The translations under genes were made by a program, and so were the position numbers. This document shows, piece by piece, positions 30,707-40,223 of a stretch of 64,000 nt of DNA (position 1 is the stretch's first letter; each line of letters opens with the position of its first letter). The notes under the pieces were generated by a model. The model did no database searches. It saw only the letters and a program-made list of their open reading frames with translations, and was not told the origin of the DNA. This DNA is from a virus (Duplodnaviria; Caudoviricetes): the IMG/VR virus record IMGVR_UViG_3300014204_000130, positions 1 through 64,000 of that record; one strand, given 5' to 3'.

Positions 30707-32653
30707 CTATTCGCCCCGAACTAATTTATTAAAATTCTCAATTATTTGATCGTATTCATCAAGACTTGTTGATGTATCACTTACAGTTGTAGAACCCATC
30801 AATGACTCATCAAAGAAATGCATATTGATATGACAATTATATACTAATTGTCCAACTGCATCGGCTAGATCTTTGGTACTTCGCTTATTATGATTTACTT
30901 TATTGTTTACATAGTCCTTTTCAAGACGAATCAATTCCTCTTCAAGTCTTGCATTATATGGACATTTAACTCGTCCATCGTAAACAGCAGATCTGAATAC
31001 TTCATATGGTTCAGTTGTTCTATCCATTGAAATATATTCATTTTGGATTCCATTCCTCTTATAGATCTGTTGCATATGTGCTGATTGGAATCCATCGGCA
31101 GACGAATATCTGATTTTATATCCATATTTTTTCAAAGAATATACTAATTTAATCAAATTCTGAATTTCTACTTCTCCAAATTCATCTTCTTTCTTAACCG
31201 ATAACAACATATCAATGGTAACAACCGGAAGTTTCTCTTTTATAATCTCTATCTCTCCGGATAAATCATTACAAATCTCACGTTCTACAATTCTAATTTC
31301 AGATATATGCCCGAGTGCAAAACCTAACAAATCCTTCTTCAAACCGATATCTGTTGCGATATATCGAGTTTGTAATTTATTCAAGATTTCATGTTTCAAG
31401 ATTCTTTCACTCATTACGAATTCACGTTTTGGTGAAAGTGTCGCCAATTCAACACTGAATATTTTTGGAAGAGATTCGTCGAACATATCATGAACTTTTG
31501 CACGATCCCCAAAGAATGGTTGGACAGAATACAGTGCAATTCCCGCGATATTTCGAAGAGAGTTGTCGAGATCCTTTTCGAATGCATGTTTAAGATCCAT
31601 TGGGACTTTAATAACTTCACCCGTTACATCTTCTTCATATCCCCGGAGGATTCTATTTGATTTATTCAATCCACCAAGTTCAATAGTGAATTCTTCAGGG
31701 CCATACTTTTCACGGCAAACATTCCACTGGTTGTAATTCATAACATATGTTGATTTTGATCCTGAATCACTCGCAGCCTTACTTCTCTTTTCCGTGAAAT
31801 CATCCGGATACACATTGGATGAGCCGAGATAAAGAACTCCGGGCTTTAACCCCTGTTTTAAAAATCGAGATTCCTGTCGTCCAAGAATGGAATAGTAAAG
31901 AGTCATCGCTTCATCGAATTCTCCACTGGATTCCCTTGCACGTTTGGATTGCTGGATGACTTTGAAAAAGTTTGCTTCGTCGAGAGCGGCAGAATAAATA
32001 TTCAGTCCAATGGTGGACGATTCCGTAGAAGTTCCAGAGAATAATTCTATATTGTTTGGGAAGATTAAAGAATCGGCGGCACGTTTTGGATCGAACATGA
32101 AATTTTCTTGAAAATATGGAATTGCTTTTACCATTTCTTTACAGTTTGAATACATATTCTTCTTGGCTTGTTTCTCTGTAATTGAAATGATCATAATTGC
32201 AATCTTTGATTCGGCAGATAACTTGAAATACAACTGTGGTTGTTTCAAACATGATAAAATGTATGCATTCCAAATCAATCCAAGTGACATAAAGAATGAT
32301 TTGCCCCAGCCGATGCTACCCTTGAGTATTGTTTCTCTTATTTCAGATTTAAGATCATGAACTGCACAAAAATCATTTTTAAGCGTTACATACATTGTTT
32401 GTGCAACACCAATTCCAGTTGATTGATTTTTTCCACAATAATAAGGATCTTCTAGGAATTGCAATGGAGTAACTGGATCATATTTAAAAGGATTCAGCGT
32501 TTCCAACAGATCATCATAAATGTCACTAAACACTTCCGTCAATAATTCTTGATTATTTTGATGTAAAGTAAATATCTTTTTGATTTGTTCATTCTGGTTA
32601 TTCTTTAAGAAGTCGTTGAACTTCTGTGTTATTTCTGCTTTCGTTAAAAACAT
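30707..32653 (-). CDS. terL: Terminase large subunit
   Basis: Walker A GSIGWGKS, Walker B AALDE, nuclease DIG..D, DGFQS, KDLADA. Confidence 0.92.
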   Translation of the reverse strand: MFLTKAEITQKFNDFLKNNQNEQIKKIFTLHQNNQELLTEVFSDIYDDLLETLNPFKYDPVTPLQFLEDPYYCGKNQSTGIGVAQTMYVTLKNDFCAVHDLKSEIRETILKGSIGWGKSFFMSLGLIWNAYILSCLKQPQLYFKLSAESKIAIMIISITEKQAKKNMYSNCKEMVKAIPYFQENFMFDPKRAADSLIFPNNIELFSGTSTESSTIGLNIYSAALDEANFFKVIQQSKRARESSGEFDEAMTLYYSILGRQESRFLKQGLKPGVLYLGSSNVYPDDFTEKRSKAASDSGSKSTYVMNYNQWNVCREKYGPEEFTIELGGLNKSNRILRGYEEDVTGEVIKVPMDLKHAFEKDLDNSLRNIAGIALYSVQPFFGDRAKVHDMFDESLPKIFSVELATLSPKREFVMSERILKHEILNKLQTRYIATDIGLKKDLLGFALGHISEIRIVEREICNDLSGEIEIIKEKLPVVTIDMLLSVKKEDEFGEVEIQNLIKLVYSLKKYGYKIRYSSADGFQSAHMQQIYKRNGIQNEYISMDRTTEPYEVFRSAVYDGRVKCPYNARLEEELIRLEKDYVNNKVNHNKRSTKDLADAVGQLVYNCHINMHFFDESLMGSTTVSDTSTSLDEYDQIIENFNKLVRGE

Positions 32654-32694
32654 AGAATTTCATTCCCCGTTGAAAAAATAAATTTTAAAAACTA

Positions 32695-32723
32695 TTGACT
32701 ATCATCTAGCAACAGAGTATACT
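32695..32723 (+). promoter_or_regulatory. sigma70 promoter of the rightward arm
   Basis: TTGACT-N17-TATACT at the divergence point. Confidence 0.7.
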
Positions 32724-32795
32724 ATTGGTCCCGTTGAAATTTAATCAACGTTTGATGATTTGTAATCAGAATAACACATTGGAGGTTAATTTGAA

Positions 32796-33263
32796 ATGGA
32801 TGAAGTTTTAGATGTAATTGATTCAACTTTGAAAGATACAAATCCTAAACAATTTTTTGCGGATTCAAAACTACCACTCCACCTTTGGCCGGAAACTGCA
32901 ACAATTCTCGGAGCATTGGGATTGCTTGATGGTGCTAACAAATATGGTCGGGCAAATTTCCGGGCTGTGGGTGCCAGAGCTTCAACCTATGTCGATGCTT
33001 GTAAACGACATTTGAATGCATGGTTTGAAGGCGAAGATCACGACCCCGATTCAGGACTTCCACATTTCGCACATGCATTGGCATGTCTCGCAATCTTGGT
33101 TGATTCTCAAGTAAAGGGCAATCTCACAGATGACCGAATGTATAAAACCAATTACCGAGAATTCATCAACAAGATGACACCACATGTCAAACGTTTGAAA
33201 GAACTTCACAAGGATAAAAATCCAAAACATTACACGATTAAGGATTCCAACAATGGAAATTAA
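32796..33263 (+). CDS. dATP/dGTP diphosphohydrolase domain protein (DUF5664-like)
   Basis: NPK...K.PLHL.P, GANKYGRANFR, RHL.AW.EGED.DPDSGLPH.AHA. Confidence 0.88.
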   Translation: MDEVLDVIDSTLKDTNPKQFFADSKLPLHLWPETATILGALGLLDGANKYGRANFRAVGARASTYVDACKRHLNAWFEGEDHDPDSGLPHFAHALACLAILVDSQVKGNLTDDRMYKTNYREFINKMTPHVKRLKELHKDKNPKHYTIKDSNNGN

Positions 33264-33741
33264 AGTTGAGAAAATGACAACAAAGTATCTCTTGGATGAA
33301 GCATGTTCATTCACAGCCAATAAAGAAGTGCATCCAAACTTATTGAAAATGTATCGCGCAGAACATTCAGTCATTCGAACACAATTGTTTCTCGTGCGCA
33401 TGTATGACATCAAGACATTTGTTTCTGTGCATTTGGTTCGCCATACCCAAGGGATAAGCCATTTTGTCAAATCCAATAGGGAAGATCGTCCGGGACACAC
33501 AGGGGATCTTGGTAGAGATCAACCCGTGAACCATCTGATGTTTCTCAATGCACAGTCATTGATCAACTTGGCTCGAAAACGTTTATGTAATAAAGCCCAC
33601 AAAGAAACCATCGAAGTCATGAAACGTATAGTCGAAGAAGTTCGCAAGGTTGATCAAGATCTTGCAGTTTGTATGGTTCCGGATTGCATATATCGTGGGA
33701 AGTGCAATGAACCTGTAAGTTGCGGAGGATATTCAAAATGA
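33253..33741 (+). CDS. thyX: FAD-dependent thymidylate synthase-like protein
   Basis: EHS, SVHLVRH...SNR, NAQSLIN..RKRLC, VPDCIYRG.C.E. Confidence 0.75.
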   Translation: MEIKVEKMTTKYLLDEACSFTANKEVHPNLLKMYRAEHSVIRTQLFLVRMYDIKTFVSVHLVRHTQGISHFVKSNREDRPGHTGDLGRDQPVNHLMFLNAQSLINLARKRLCNKAHKETIEVMKRIVEEVRKVDQDLAVCMVPDCIYRGKCNEPVSCGGYSK

Positions 33742-34274
33742 AATGTGATCCACTTATCGACATTGTAAATCAAATCAACAATGAAAAGATTCGGAACTTC
33801 ACAATTGCAGTTTTGAATGCGGTACCTGATGATTTCTGGACTATGAAAACCAGCACATCTGGAAAGTATCATCCTCCCGAATGCAATGAAGTTGGTGGAC
33901 TTATAATCCACATCCAAAGAGCTTGTTACTTTGGAAGTTTGTTTATAAATGCAAATGGATGGGATAGTCTGAATATTCGCGGAGACATTCTATTATCTGC
34001 ACTTCTATTACATGACATTGGAAAAAGAGAGAAATATGATAAGTATTGGGATTATGTAAATCATCCAATTTCGGGATCAAAAATGTTATATCCATACAAA
34101 CATATGCTCCCGGAAAAAGTATTTGTTATGATTTCCAATTGTGTTTTGCATCACATGAATCGCTTTGGGCCAAAGACAATCCAGAAGCCAGACAACAAAT
34201 ATAATATTTTGGAATTATATACATATCAGGCCGATTATCTTGCATCTCAGAAATCTCTCAAAATTGGCAATTGA
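33738..34274 (+). CDS. HD-domain phosphohydrolase
   Basis: SGKYHP..GGL..H, LLHDIGK, HH, ADY. Confidence 0.85.
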   Translation: MKCDPLIDIVNQINNEKIRNFTIAVLNAVPDDFWTMKTSTSGKYHPPECNEVGGLIIHIQRACYFGSLFINANGWDSLNIRGDILLSALLLHDIGKREKYDKYWDYVNHPISGSKMLYPYKHMLPEKVFVMISNCVLHHMNRFGPKTIQKPDNKYNILELYTYQADYLASQKSLKIGN

Positions 34275-34513
34275 TTATGGGAAGAAATTCTGATTTAAGT
34301 TGGTTTGCATCTGAATTAAGAGCAAAATTTGGAACTAGAATGTTTACAACTATTGAAGTCCAAATTAAATTCTACTTGGCTCCACATATGACATGTGGAA
34401 GAATGCAAACATTACTTGAAAAAGGATATGTTGTTTTGGTACAATCTGGAGAACCAAAAAAATTTCATATCTGGAGAATGAAAACATGGTCCTTGAAACT
34501 CTCGATCCCATAG
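34271..34513 (+). CDS. Small hypothetical protein, possibly winged-helix
   Basis: Coupled ORF; TLLEKGYV segment. Confidence 0.5.
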   Translation: MIMGRNSDLSWFASELRAKFGTRMFTTIEVQIKFYLAPHMTCGRMQTLLEKGYVVLVQSGEPKKFHIWRMKTWSLKLSIP

Positions 34514-34764
34514 ACGATGAAACATATATTCGTTCTTGGGAAAAAATGTATCGCGATATCTTTGGAAATCTAATCGATAAGCAGGAGTCTACAATGATTT
34601 GTCCAAGTTGTTTAAGTAATACAACCGATCCAAAATTTGAACACATGAAAATGAAAACCATTACGAATACTGGAAAGTATGTTTGTAGTCTTTGCAACAA
34701 AGTTATCTTGGTTGTGAAAGATTCAGATGGTAAATTTGTTCAGAAAGAACGCATTACAGAATAG
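34486..34764 (+). CDS. Zn-ribbon protein
   Basis: CPSC...CSLC. Confidence 0.6.
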   Translation: MVLETLDPIDDETYIRSWEKMYRDIFGNLIDKQESTMICPSCLSNTTDPKFEHMKMKTITNTGKYVCSLCNKVILVVKDSDGKFVQKERITE

Positions 34765-34775
34765 AGGAGTTTGAG

Positions 34776-35216
34776 ATGTTTTGTGAACTTACGGATTCAG
34801 AATTGGTTATTGAAAAAATTCACGATTACATTAAAGATCCATCATATGCAACCGATGGAAGTGTTGGTATTGATATCTATTGTCCGAAAACCGTTGTGTT
34901 TCTACCCGGAAGAACAACCATTGTTCCATTGGGAATCAAATGTAAATTTCCCAAAACACTTTGGGGAAAACTGGAAGCCAAAAGTGGATTGGCCGTAAAA
35001 AACGGATTGGATTTCTACGCCGGAGTCATTGACAGTGACTATCGACATGAGATTTGCGCGGTTCTTATATCACATGGGGAACAGCCATTCACGATAGAGA
35101 AGGGTCAGAAGATCATTCAGATGGTGATGATGCCAGTTATCAAGCCTCGTCTAACAATTGGACAAATCGACGACCCGACTACAAGGTTTGGAGGATTTGG
35201 TAGCACCGGGAAATAA
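34776..35216 (+). CDS. dut: Trimeric dUTPase
   Basis: GSVGIDI, KSGLA, GVIDSDYR, RFGGFGSTG. Confidence 0.95.
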   Translation: MFCELTDSELVIEKIHDYIKDPSYATDGSVGIDIYCPKTVVFLPGRTTIVPLGIKCKFPKTLWGKLEAKSGLAVKNGLDFYAGVIDSDYRHEICAVLISHGEQPFTIEKGQKIIQMVMMPVIKPRLTIGQIDDPTTRFGGFGSTGK

Positions 35217-35235
35217 AATATTTTTCAAAAGCTAG

Positions 35236-35272
35236 AAAATCGCTTGACATCCTCAAGCGATTTTGCTATTTT
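35236..35272 (+). promoter_or_regulatory. 12-bp hairpin overlapping a sigma70 promoter
   Basis: AAAATCGCTTGA-catcc-TCAAGCGATTTT; TTGACA(35244)-N17-TATTTT. Confidence 0.6.
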
Positions 35273-35309
35273 AAGAGTAACTTAATGATTCCTTAAAGGA
35301 GATACATAT

Positions 35310-35510
35310 ATGCAAATCACTGTGCGTCCTCTGTTTATCCGGCTCACTCCCGAGGAACGGGAAGCGTTCGATCTCTGTTGTAGAGATCTGGGTGTAAATT
35401 ATTCCATCGTTGGACGGGCAATGGTTAAACATTGCCTAAAGGCAATCAGTAAAGGTAAGAAACTCAATTTGATGGCCGGTATGGTAAAATTCGATCCAAG
35501 TAAATCATAA
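35310..35510 (+). CDS. Putative ribbon-helix-helix regulator
   Basis: LFIRLTPEEREAFDLCCRDLGVNYSIVGR; AAGGAG RBS. Confidence 0.55.
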   Translation: MQITVRPLFIRLTPEEREAFDLCCRDLGVNYSIVGRAMVKHCLKAISKGKKLNLMAGMVKFDPSKS

Positions 35511-35523
35511 AGGAGAAAAATCA

Positions 35524-37698
35524 ATGAAATTTTATCGAAATGAAATTAAACTCGGGAAAGAAAAGAAAGTTCTCATCACTTGCAATCACCATGAAAACAA
35601 TGAAGCAAAGATTGTAAAAGAAATTGGGAATTTCCATCACATCCATGTCATCGACCGTTCCGGCAGTATGCAAGGTTCTATTGCCGAACTCATTGAAGAT
35701 GTAATTGCAACATTTTCATTGATGGGACCAAATGATATTGTATCTGTCCTTTGGTTTTCATCCGAAAATCAACAGGGTGTTATTTTGAAAGGTGCGAAGA
35801 ATGATCCATCCTTGAAAGAAGTTCTTCGCAAATATAAATCCACCGTTGGAATGACCTGCTTTTCACAACCGATGGAAATGGTGAAATCCATCATTGATGA
35901 ACTCTCTCCAATGTGTTCGAATATCGTGGTAAATTTCTTCACGGATGGTATGCCTGTAGTTTCTTGGGGATCAACCGAAGAATTCAAACGGACACACGCT
36001 ATTGTCGAATCGTTTTCCCACAAGATCATATCCATGAATACCATCGGATATGGCCAATACTATTCTCAGCAATTCTTACGGGATCTGGCCGGATTGACGC
36101 AGTATGGACAATTTGTACATGCTTCGAATATCCGGGATTATCAGAAAATTTTCGATACGAACTACCAGATTGTCAAAGAAAACATTCTGGACAAAGTTGA
36201 AATTGAAGCACCAGGAATTATAATTTATCTTAATCGGAAAACAACCAAATGTTCTGGAGCTACTGCCAAACTTGAATTGACTTCATTGGATAACAACAAG
36301 AATCAATTCTTCATCCTAATGAATATGGATACAACGTGTCTTATCAACGGTGAAAAGATCGAATCCAGTTCCATTTTAAACAAAGCTTCAGATGCAACCA
36401 TCCAGAACTTCTATTATGCCCTTGCTTATAATATGTATTATGATGGTACTCGTTCTGAAGCTCTGGAAGTTATTGTGAAAAATATCGGAAATGGATATCT
36501 TGCAGATCGACAACTTTCTGCCTGGACATTCGATGAAGTTTCCGATTATGAATCGATCTTGTTCCAAAGAACAATCAATCCAGAATCTCGGAAGAATGAC
36601 ACTCCATGCAAATCAAATTATCTTCCGAAAGACAATGCCTTTTGTTTCATGGATATGATGCTCTTACTTTCCAGAGATGGAGCATTATATCTTCCATATC
36701 ATTCAGAATCGGAAGATTACGAACGAATCGGAAAGAAAGCAGAATATGTTGAATTTGGATTCCATCGGGACAATTCCAAAATTCCAAGTGCCTCTTTCTC
36801 CAATGTTGTATTCACCAAAGATCGTTGCAATATCGGATTGAAATTTCAGATCGCTGGATATGTTGATATCAAACCCGAACATTCCAAAAACATTTCCAAA
36901 ATTGATTGCTCTATCTTCCGAACACATAATCTGATTCTCGACGGATATCCAAATTTGAAATCCATTGTTGTTTGTATGTCTTCCAAACTTTACAACAAAC
37001 TTCTCACCAAGAAAGTCGATGTTGTATATCTGGAAGATGGAGACGGTGAAGATACTTCGGTGATTTGCAAAATCAATCTTTGTTCTATTCCGGTTATCAA
37101 CAAGAAAATGTCCGAAGGAAATACCGGAAGTTCGATTTTACATCTAATCGAAGAACAAATTGAACATGAAACAAATATCAAAGTTATCGGTTCTCTGATT
37201 GAACAACTTGGAAAATCAAAAGCCAAGAAGTTTTCGGAATATACGACCGAGGAAAGTCTTTTGTTGGACAGATATGGAATCGACAAGTCGGGCGTATATC
37301 GTGGTATCGGATTGAGTCAAAAGAAAAATGATGCATGTGACTACTACATCTCAAAGAACGTGGAATTCTCCTTACAGGGATTCAAAAAGATTCCGTCTGT
37401 CAATGAATATCTCAAACGAGTCGCGGCCAAGAAAGATATGAAAGGATGTATCACACTCATTCATGAGGCGTATGAAAAATTCATCAAACTTCCTTTGGCA
37501 CAACTTGAAACTCAATTGATCAATGAGCAAGATCTTCTCCGGGATGTAAAGTATGAATTGTCGATCATCAAAATGTCATTGATTCTTACTGGATCTTGGA
37601 TTCCAGATTTCAAGAAGAATGACAATGGTGAATTCATTTATACCGATTCATTACACACCGCTGAAATGTGTATCTCGGAAGAAAAACAATACTTCTAA
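35524..37698 (+). CDS. vWA-domain protein
   Basis: MIDAS DRSGS, T, FFTDG; IGYG. Confidence 0.85.
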   Translation: MKFYRNEIKLGKEKKVLITCNHHENNEAKIVKEIGNFHHIHVIDRSGSMQGSIAELIEDVIATFSLMGPNDIVSVLWFSSENQQGVILKGAKNDPSLKEVLRKYKSTVGMTCFSQPMEMVKSIIDELSPMCSNIVVNFFTDGMPVVSWGSTEEFKRTHAIVESFSHKIISMNTIGYGQYYSQQFLRDLAGLTQYGQFVHASNIRDYQKIFDTNYQIVKENILDKVEIEAPGIIIYLNRKTTKCSGATAKLELTSLDNNKNQFFILMNMDTTCLINGEKIESSSILNKASDATIQNFYYALAYNMYYDGTRSEALEVIVKNIGNGYLADRQLSAWTFDEVSDYESILFQRTINPESRKNDTPCKSNYLPKDNAFCFMDMMLLLSRDGALYLPYHSESEDYERIGKKAEYVEFGFHRDNSKIPSASFSNVVFTKDRCNIGLKFQIAGYVDIKPEHSKNISKIDCSIFRTHNLILDGYPNLKSIVVCMSSKLYNKLLTKKVDVVYLEDGDGEDTSVICKINLCSIPVINKKMSEGNTGSSILHLIEEQIEHETNIKVIGSLIEQLGKSKAKKFSEYTTEESLLLDRYGIDKSGVYRGIGLSQKKNDACDYYISKNVEFSLQGFKKIPSVNEYLKRVAAKKDMKGCITLIHEAYEKFIKLPLAQLETQLINEQDLLRDVKYELSIIKMSLILTGSWIPDFKKNDNGEFIYTDSLHTAEMCISEEKQYF

Positions 37699-37708
37699 TC
37701 TGATAAAT

Positions 37709-37738
37709 ATACTTGGGAGGGTTATTCCTCCCAAGTAT
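37709..37738 (+). terminator. 12-bp hairpin after vWA gene
   Basis: ATACTTGGGAGG-N6-CCTCCCAAGTAT; no U-tract. Confidence 0.5.
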
Positions 37739-37756
37739 TCGAAAGGAGTTATTAAA

Positions 37757-38017
37757 ATGATTTGGGATATACAAAATAAATACACCAGACATATTTGTAT
37801 CTGTAAAGATTGTAAATCTGAATTCTTTGCACCTACAACAACTTCAAAATATTGTCCCAATTGTAAAAAGAATGCTGCTCTAAGCAAACTTAAATGTAAC
37901 AATTCAAACCTTGATTTTTTTAAACATGAAATCTTCCCGAAATCGAAATGTAAAATTTGTCGTGGAACTGGATATTCTATTAAAAATCAAAAACCGTGTT
38001 GGGAATGCAGTAAATGA
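37757..38017 (+). CDS. Cys-rich Zn-finger protein
   Basis: AAGGAG RBS; four CxxC. Confidence 0.6.
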   Translation: MIWDIQNKYTRHICICKDCKSEFFAPTTTSKYCPNCKKNAALSKLKCNNSNLDFFKHEIFPKSKCKICRGTGYSIKNQKPCWECSK

Positions 38018-38799
38018 AACGTCTTTGTGAAATCTGTGGCTGTGAATTGAAAGAAGTTGGACTTGGAATGGATGCACCGATAAGGGAATGTATGAAACTT
38101 GTTTGTCCATCAAATACAAAACATGGACCGTTTTGGAAAAATCATATGGAATTGGAAAATAATTTTGAATATCAACGTCGAATTGGACAGGAAGCTATGG
38201 AGTATAAATTGTAATGGAAGAATCTGGAACATATATTTCAGAACTACCTGGAGAAATTGATTGGAAAGAACGAGCATTGAATTCCGAAGATTTACTTCGG
38301 GAAGTTACAAATACATTCTCAGTGTTTGGGTTATCTCCATGCGATCAACGATTGATTCTTATTGATAAAATCAATCAGTATCTATTACAAAAATAAAGGA
38401 TAAGAATATGTTAAATTATATTTACATTGTTGCATATATACCAAATGACGATACCGAAAAAACATTATCATTTCTTCATTATTTCATCACGGCTGCAAAT
38501 GATGAAGATGCATATGGTATTGGGATGGAAACTCACGATGATTCTATTCCAGGAAAATTGGTTAATAATTATGTAATCCCAATTCCACAAATATATCCTA
38601 TGGGAATTCCATCATGAAACATCCAATTTCAATTTTCAAACTCAAATGTTTTATATTCGGACATGGATTTATAAGAATTTCCTTTTATGAACAATCAGGA
38701 GCCATAATCTTTGGATTTAAATGCAAACATTGTGGATTGATAATAGATGAATTGGAACATGAACAATCAGCAGTAATTGGAATTAAAGAAATTGCATAA
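38014..38799 (+). other. Four small hypothetical ORFs (38014-38214, 38214-38396, 38408-38617, 38614-38799)
   Basis: Stop/start coupling and GGAG/AAGGA RBSs. Confidence 0.55.
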
Positions 38800-38805
38800 T
38801 TCTTT

Positions 38806-39189
38806 TTGGAGGATAGAATGAAACAAATCTATTTAAATTGGATTTCATCAAATTATGGAATCCGAGAAAAATGTTATAGGAAATGCGTAGAAGCAACTAC
38901 GGAAATGTGTTTAAAATTTCCAGAACTTTCCCGCGTGCGTGGGCATGTTCGAGAATGGATTGGTGATTCAAAACCACAACCACATTGGTGGTGTGTTGAT
39001 AAAGAGGGTGAAATAATTGATCCAACCAATAAACAATTTTTCGGGCCATTGGATTATATTCCTTGGAATGAAGGAACCCCAGAACCAACTGGAAAATGTC
39101 CAAATTGTTCTGGATATTCTTACAATTATTCCGTATGTTGCTCTGACAAATGCTCGGAAGAATATAAAAATTACATTCTAGGAAAATAA
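38806..39189 (+). CDS. Hypothetical protein with Cys/His/Asp motif and Zn finger
   Basis: C..RVRGH..PHWWC..IIDPT..QF; likely ATG 38818 after GGAGG. Confidence 0.65.
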   Translation: MEDRMKQIYLNWISSNYGIREKCYRKCVEATTEMCLKFPELSRVRGHVREWIGDSKPQPHWWCVDKEGEIIDPTNKQFFGPLDYIPWNEGTPEPTGKCPNCSGYSYNYSVCCSDKCSEEYKNYILGK

Positions 39190-39192
39190 ATC

Positions 39193-39693
39193 ATGCGCTT
39201 ACAACGTATAAGAGATACACATACAAAACTTATGGTAAAGAAAGATAAAGAACTTCCACCTCGTCCAGATAATCCTATTTGGAAAGATGATTACTGCCGA
39301 GGATGTGGGATTGAATTTAATCCAATGAATCCCGGCGCAACAAAGTATTATCATTCCAAAGAATGCAAAGCCATACATAGAGATGTTTCAACCATGCATG
39401 TTGTAAGCATGAAATTTGAAGAACATGTTGAAATGTTTCTTGCAATCGATATCTCTAGAATTAAATATCTTTTAAAATCTGGCAAAAGTAGTTGGACAAC
39501 ACGGGAAGTATCAAATTTAATCAAACATTTGTCTTTAAAATCTACTTTAAAGTGGTTGAAAGACATGGAAGAAATGAATGGAGTAATCCGAAGAAATACT
39601 GATGGAAGTAGAACAAAGTTAAGATATGTTTGGATATTAAACATGAAAAATAGGGAAATTCTAAAAATCTTAGAGAAAATGAAGAAATCGTAA
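39193..39693 (+). CDS. Zn-finger plus winged-helix-like protein
   Basis: CRGC..HSKEC; WTTREVS..TLKWLKDMEE. Confidence 0.55.
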   Translation: MRLQRIRDTHTKLMVKKDKELPPRPDNPIWKDDYCRGCGIEFNPMNPGATKYYHSKECKAIHRDVSTMHVVSMKFEEHVEMFLAIDISRIKYLLKSGKSSWTTREVSNLIKHLSLKSTLKWLKDMEEMNGVIRRNTDGSRTKLRYVWILNMKNREILKILEKMKKS

Positions 39694-39699
39694 TTTTTG

Positions 39700-39728
39700 T
39701 TGACAAAGTGCTAGTAAAGTGCTATTAT
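39700..39728 (+). promoter_or_regulatory. sigma70 promoter with tandem AAGTGCTA boxes
   Basis: TTGACA-N17-TATTAT. Confidence 0.7.
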
Positions 39729-39780
39729 TAGGTATTGGAGGCTTAAAACACAAATTTATCAAGAAAATGTGAGGTTTTAA

Positions 39781-40008
39781 ATGATTTGTCCCGTTTGTGA
39801 GCAAGAAATGAAACAAAGTATGTCGGAATTAACACATTTTTATTGTATAAATCATAATTGTGTTATGAATTTAATATATTTTCATAAATTCGAAACAAAA
39901 GTATTAAAAACTGCAATAAAATCATCGAAAACTGTCGAAAGATTGGAAGAAACGATATATAATTTGCAAAAAGAATTGAATGAGGAGAAACTACAATCGA
40001 AAGAATAG
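39781..40008 (+). CDS. Zn-ribbon hypothetical protein
   Basis: CPVC...C...C; GAGG RBS. Confidence 0.55.
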   Translation: MICPVCEQEMKQSMSELTHFYCINHNCVMNLIYFHKFETKVLKTAIKSSKTVERLEETIYNLQKELNEEKLQSKE

Positions 40009-40017
40009 GAGGATTAT

Positions 40018-40212
40018 ATGATTAAATATGAATTTCACGAGGAGAATCAAGAACGTGAAGGTCTGATTAAAGAACTTGTATGGTTATCAATTGCAATAAC
40101 AATCATAATATCTATCATCGTTTATGGTTATCTTGAGGATGATTCATATTATCGGGAAAATGGATTTCAATACACAAATGGAATTTGGCATAAACCGGCT
40201 GAATTAAAATAA
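40018..40212 (+). CDS. Small membrane protein
   Basis: One TM helix; AGGAGG RBS. Confidence 0.6.
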   Translation: MIKYEFHEENQEREGLIKELVWLSIAITIIISIIVYGYLEDDSYYRENGFQYTNGIWHKPAELK

Positions 40213-40223
40213 GGAGAAATATC

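Noticed and set aside
32796-35216. Calling this a Z-genome phage
   Set aside because: No purZ in the window; hydrolases alone are insufficient
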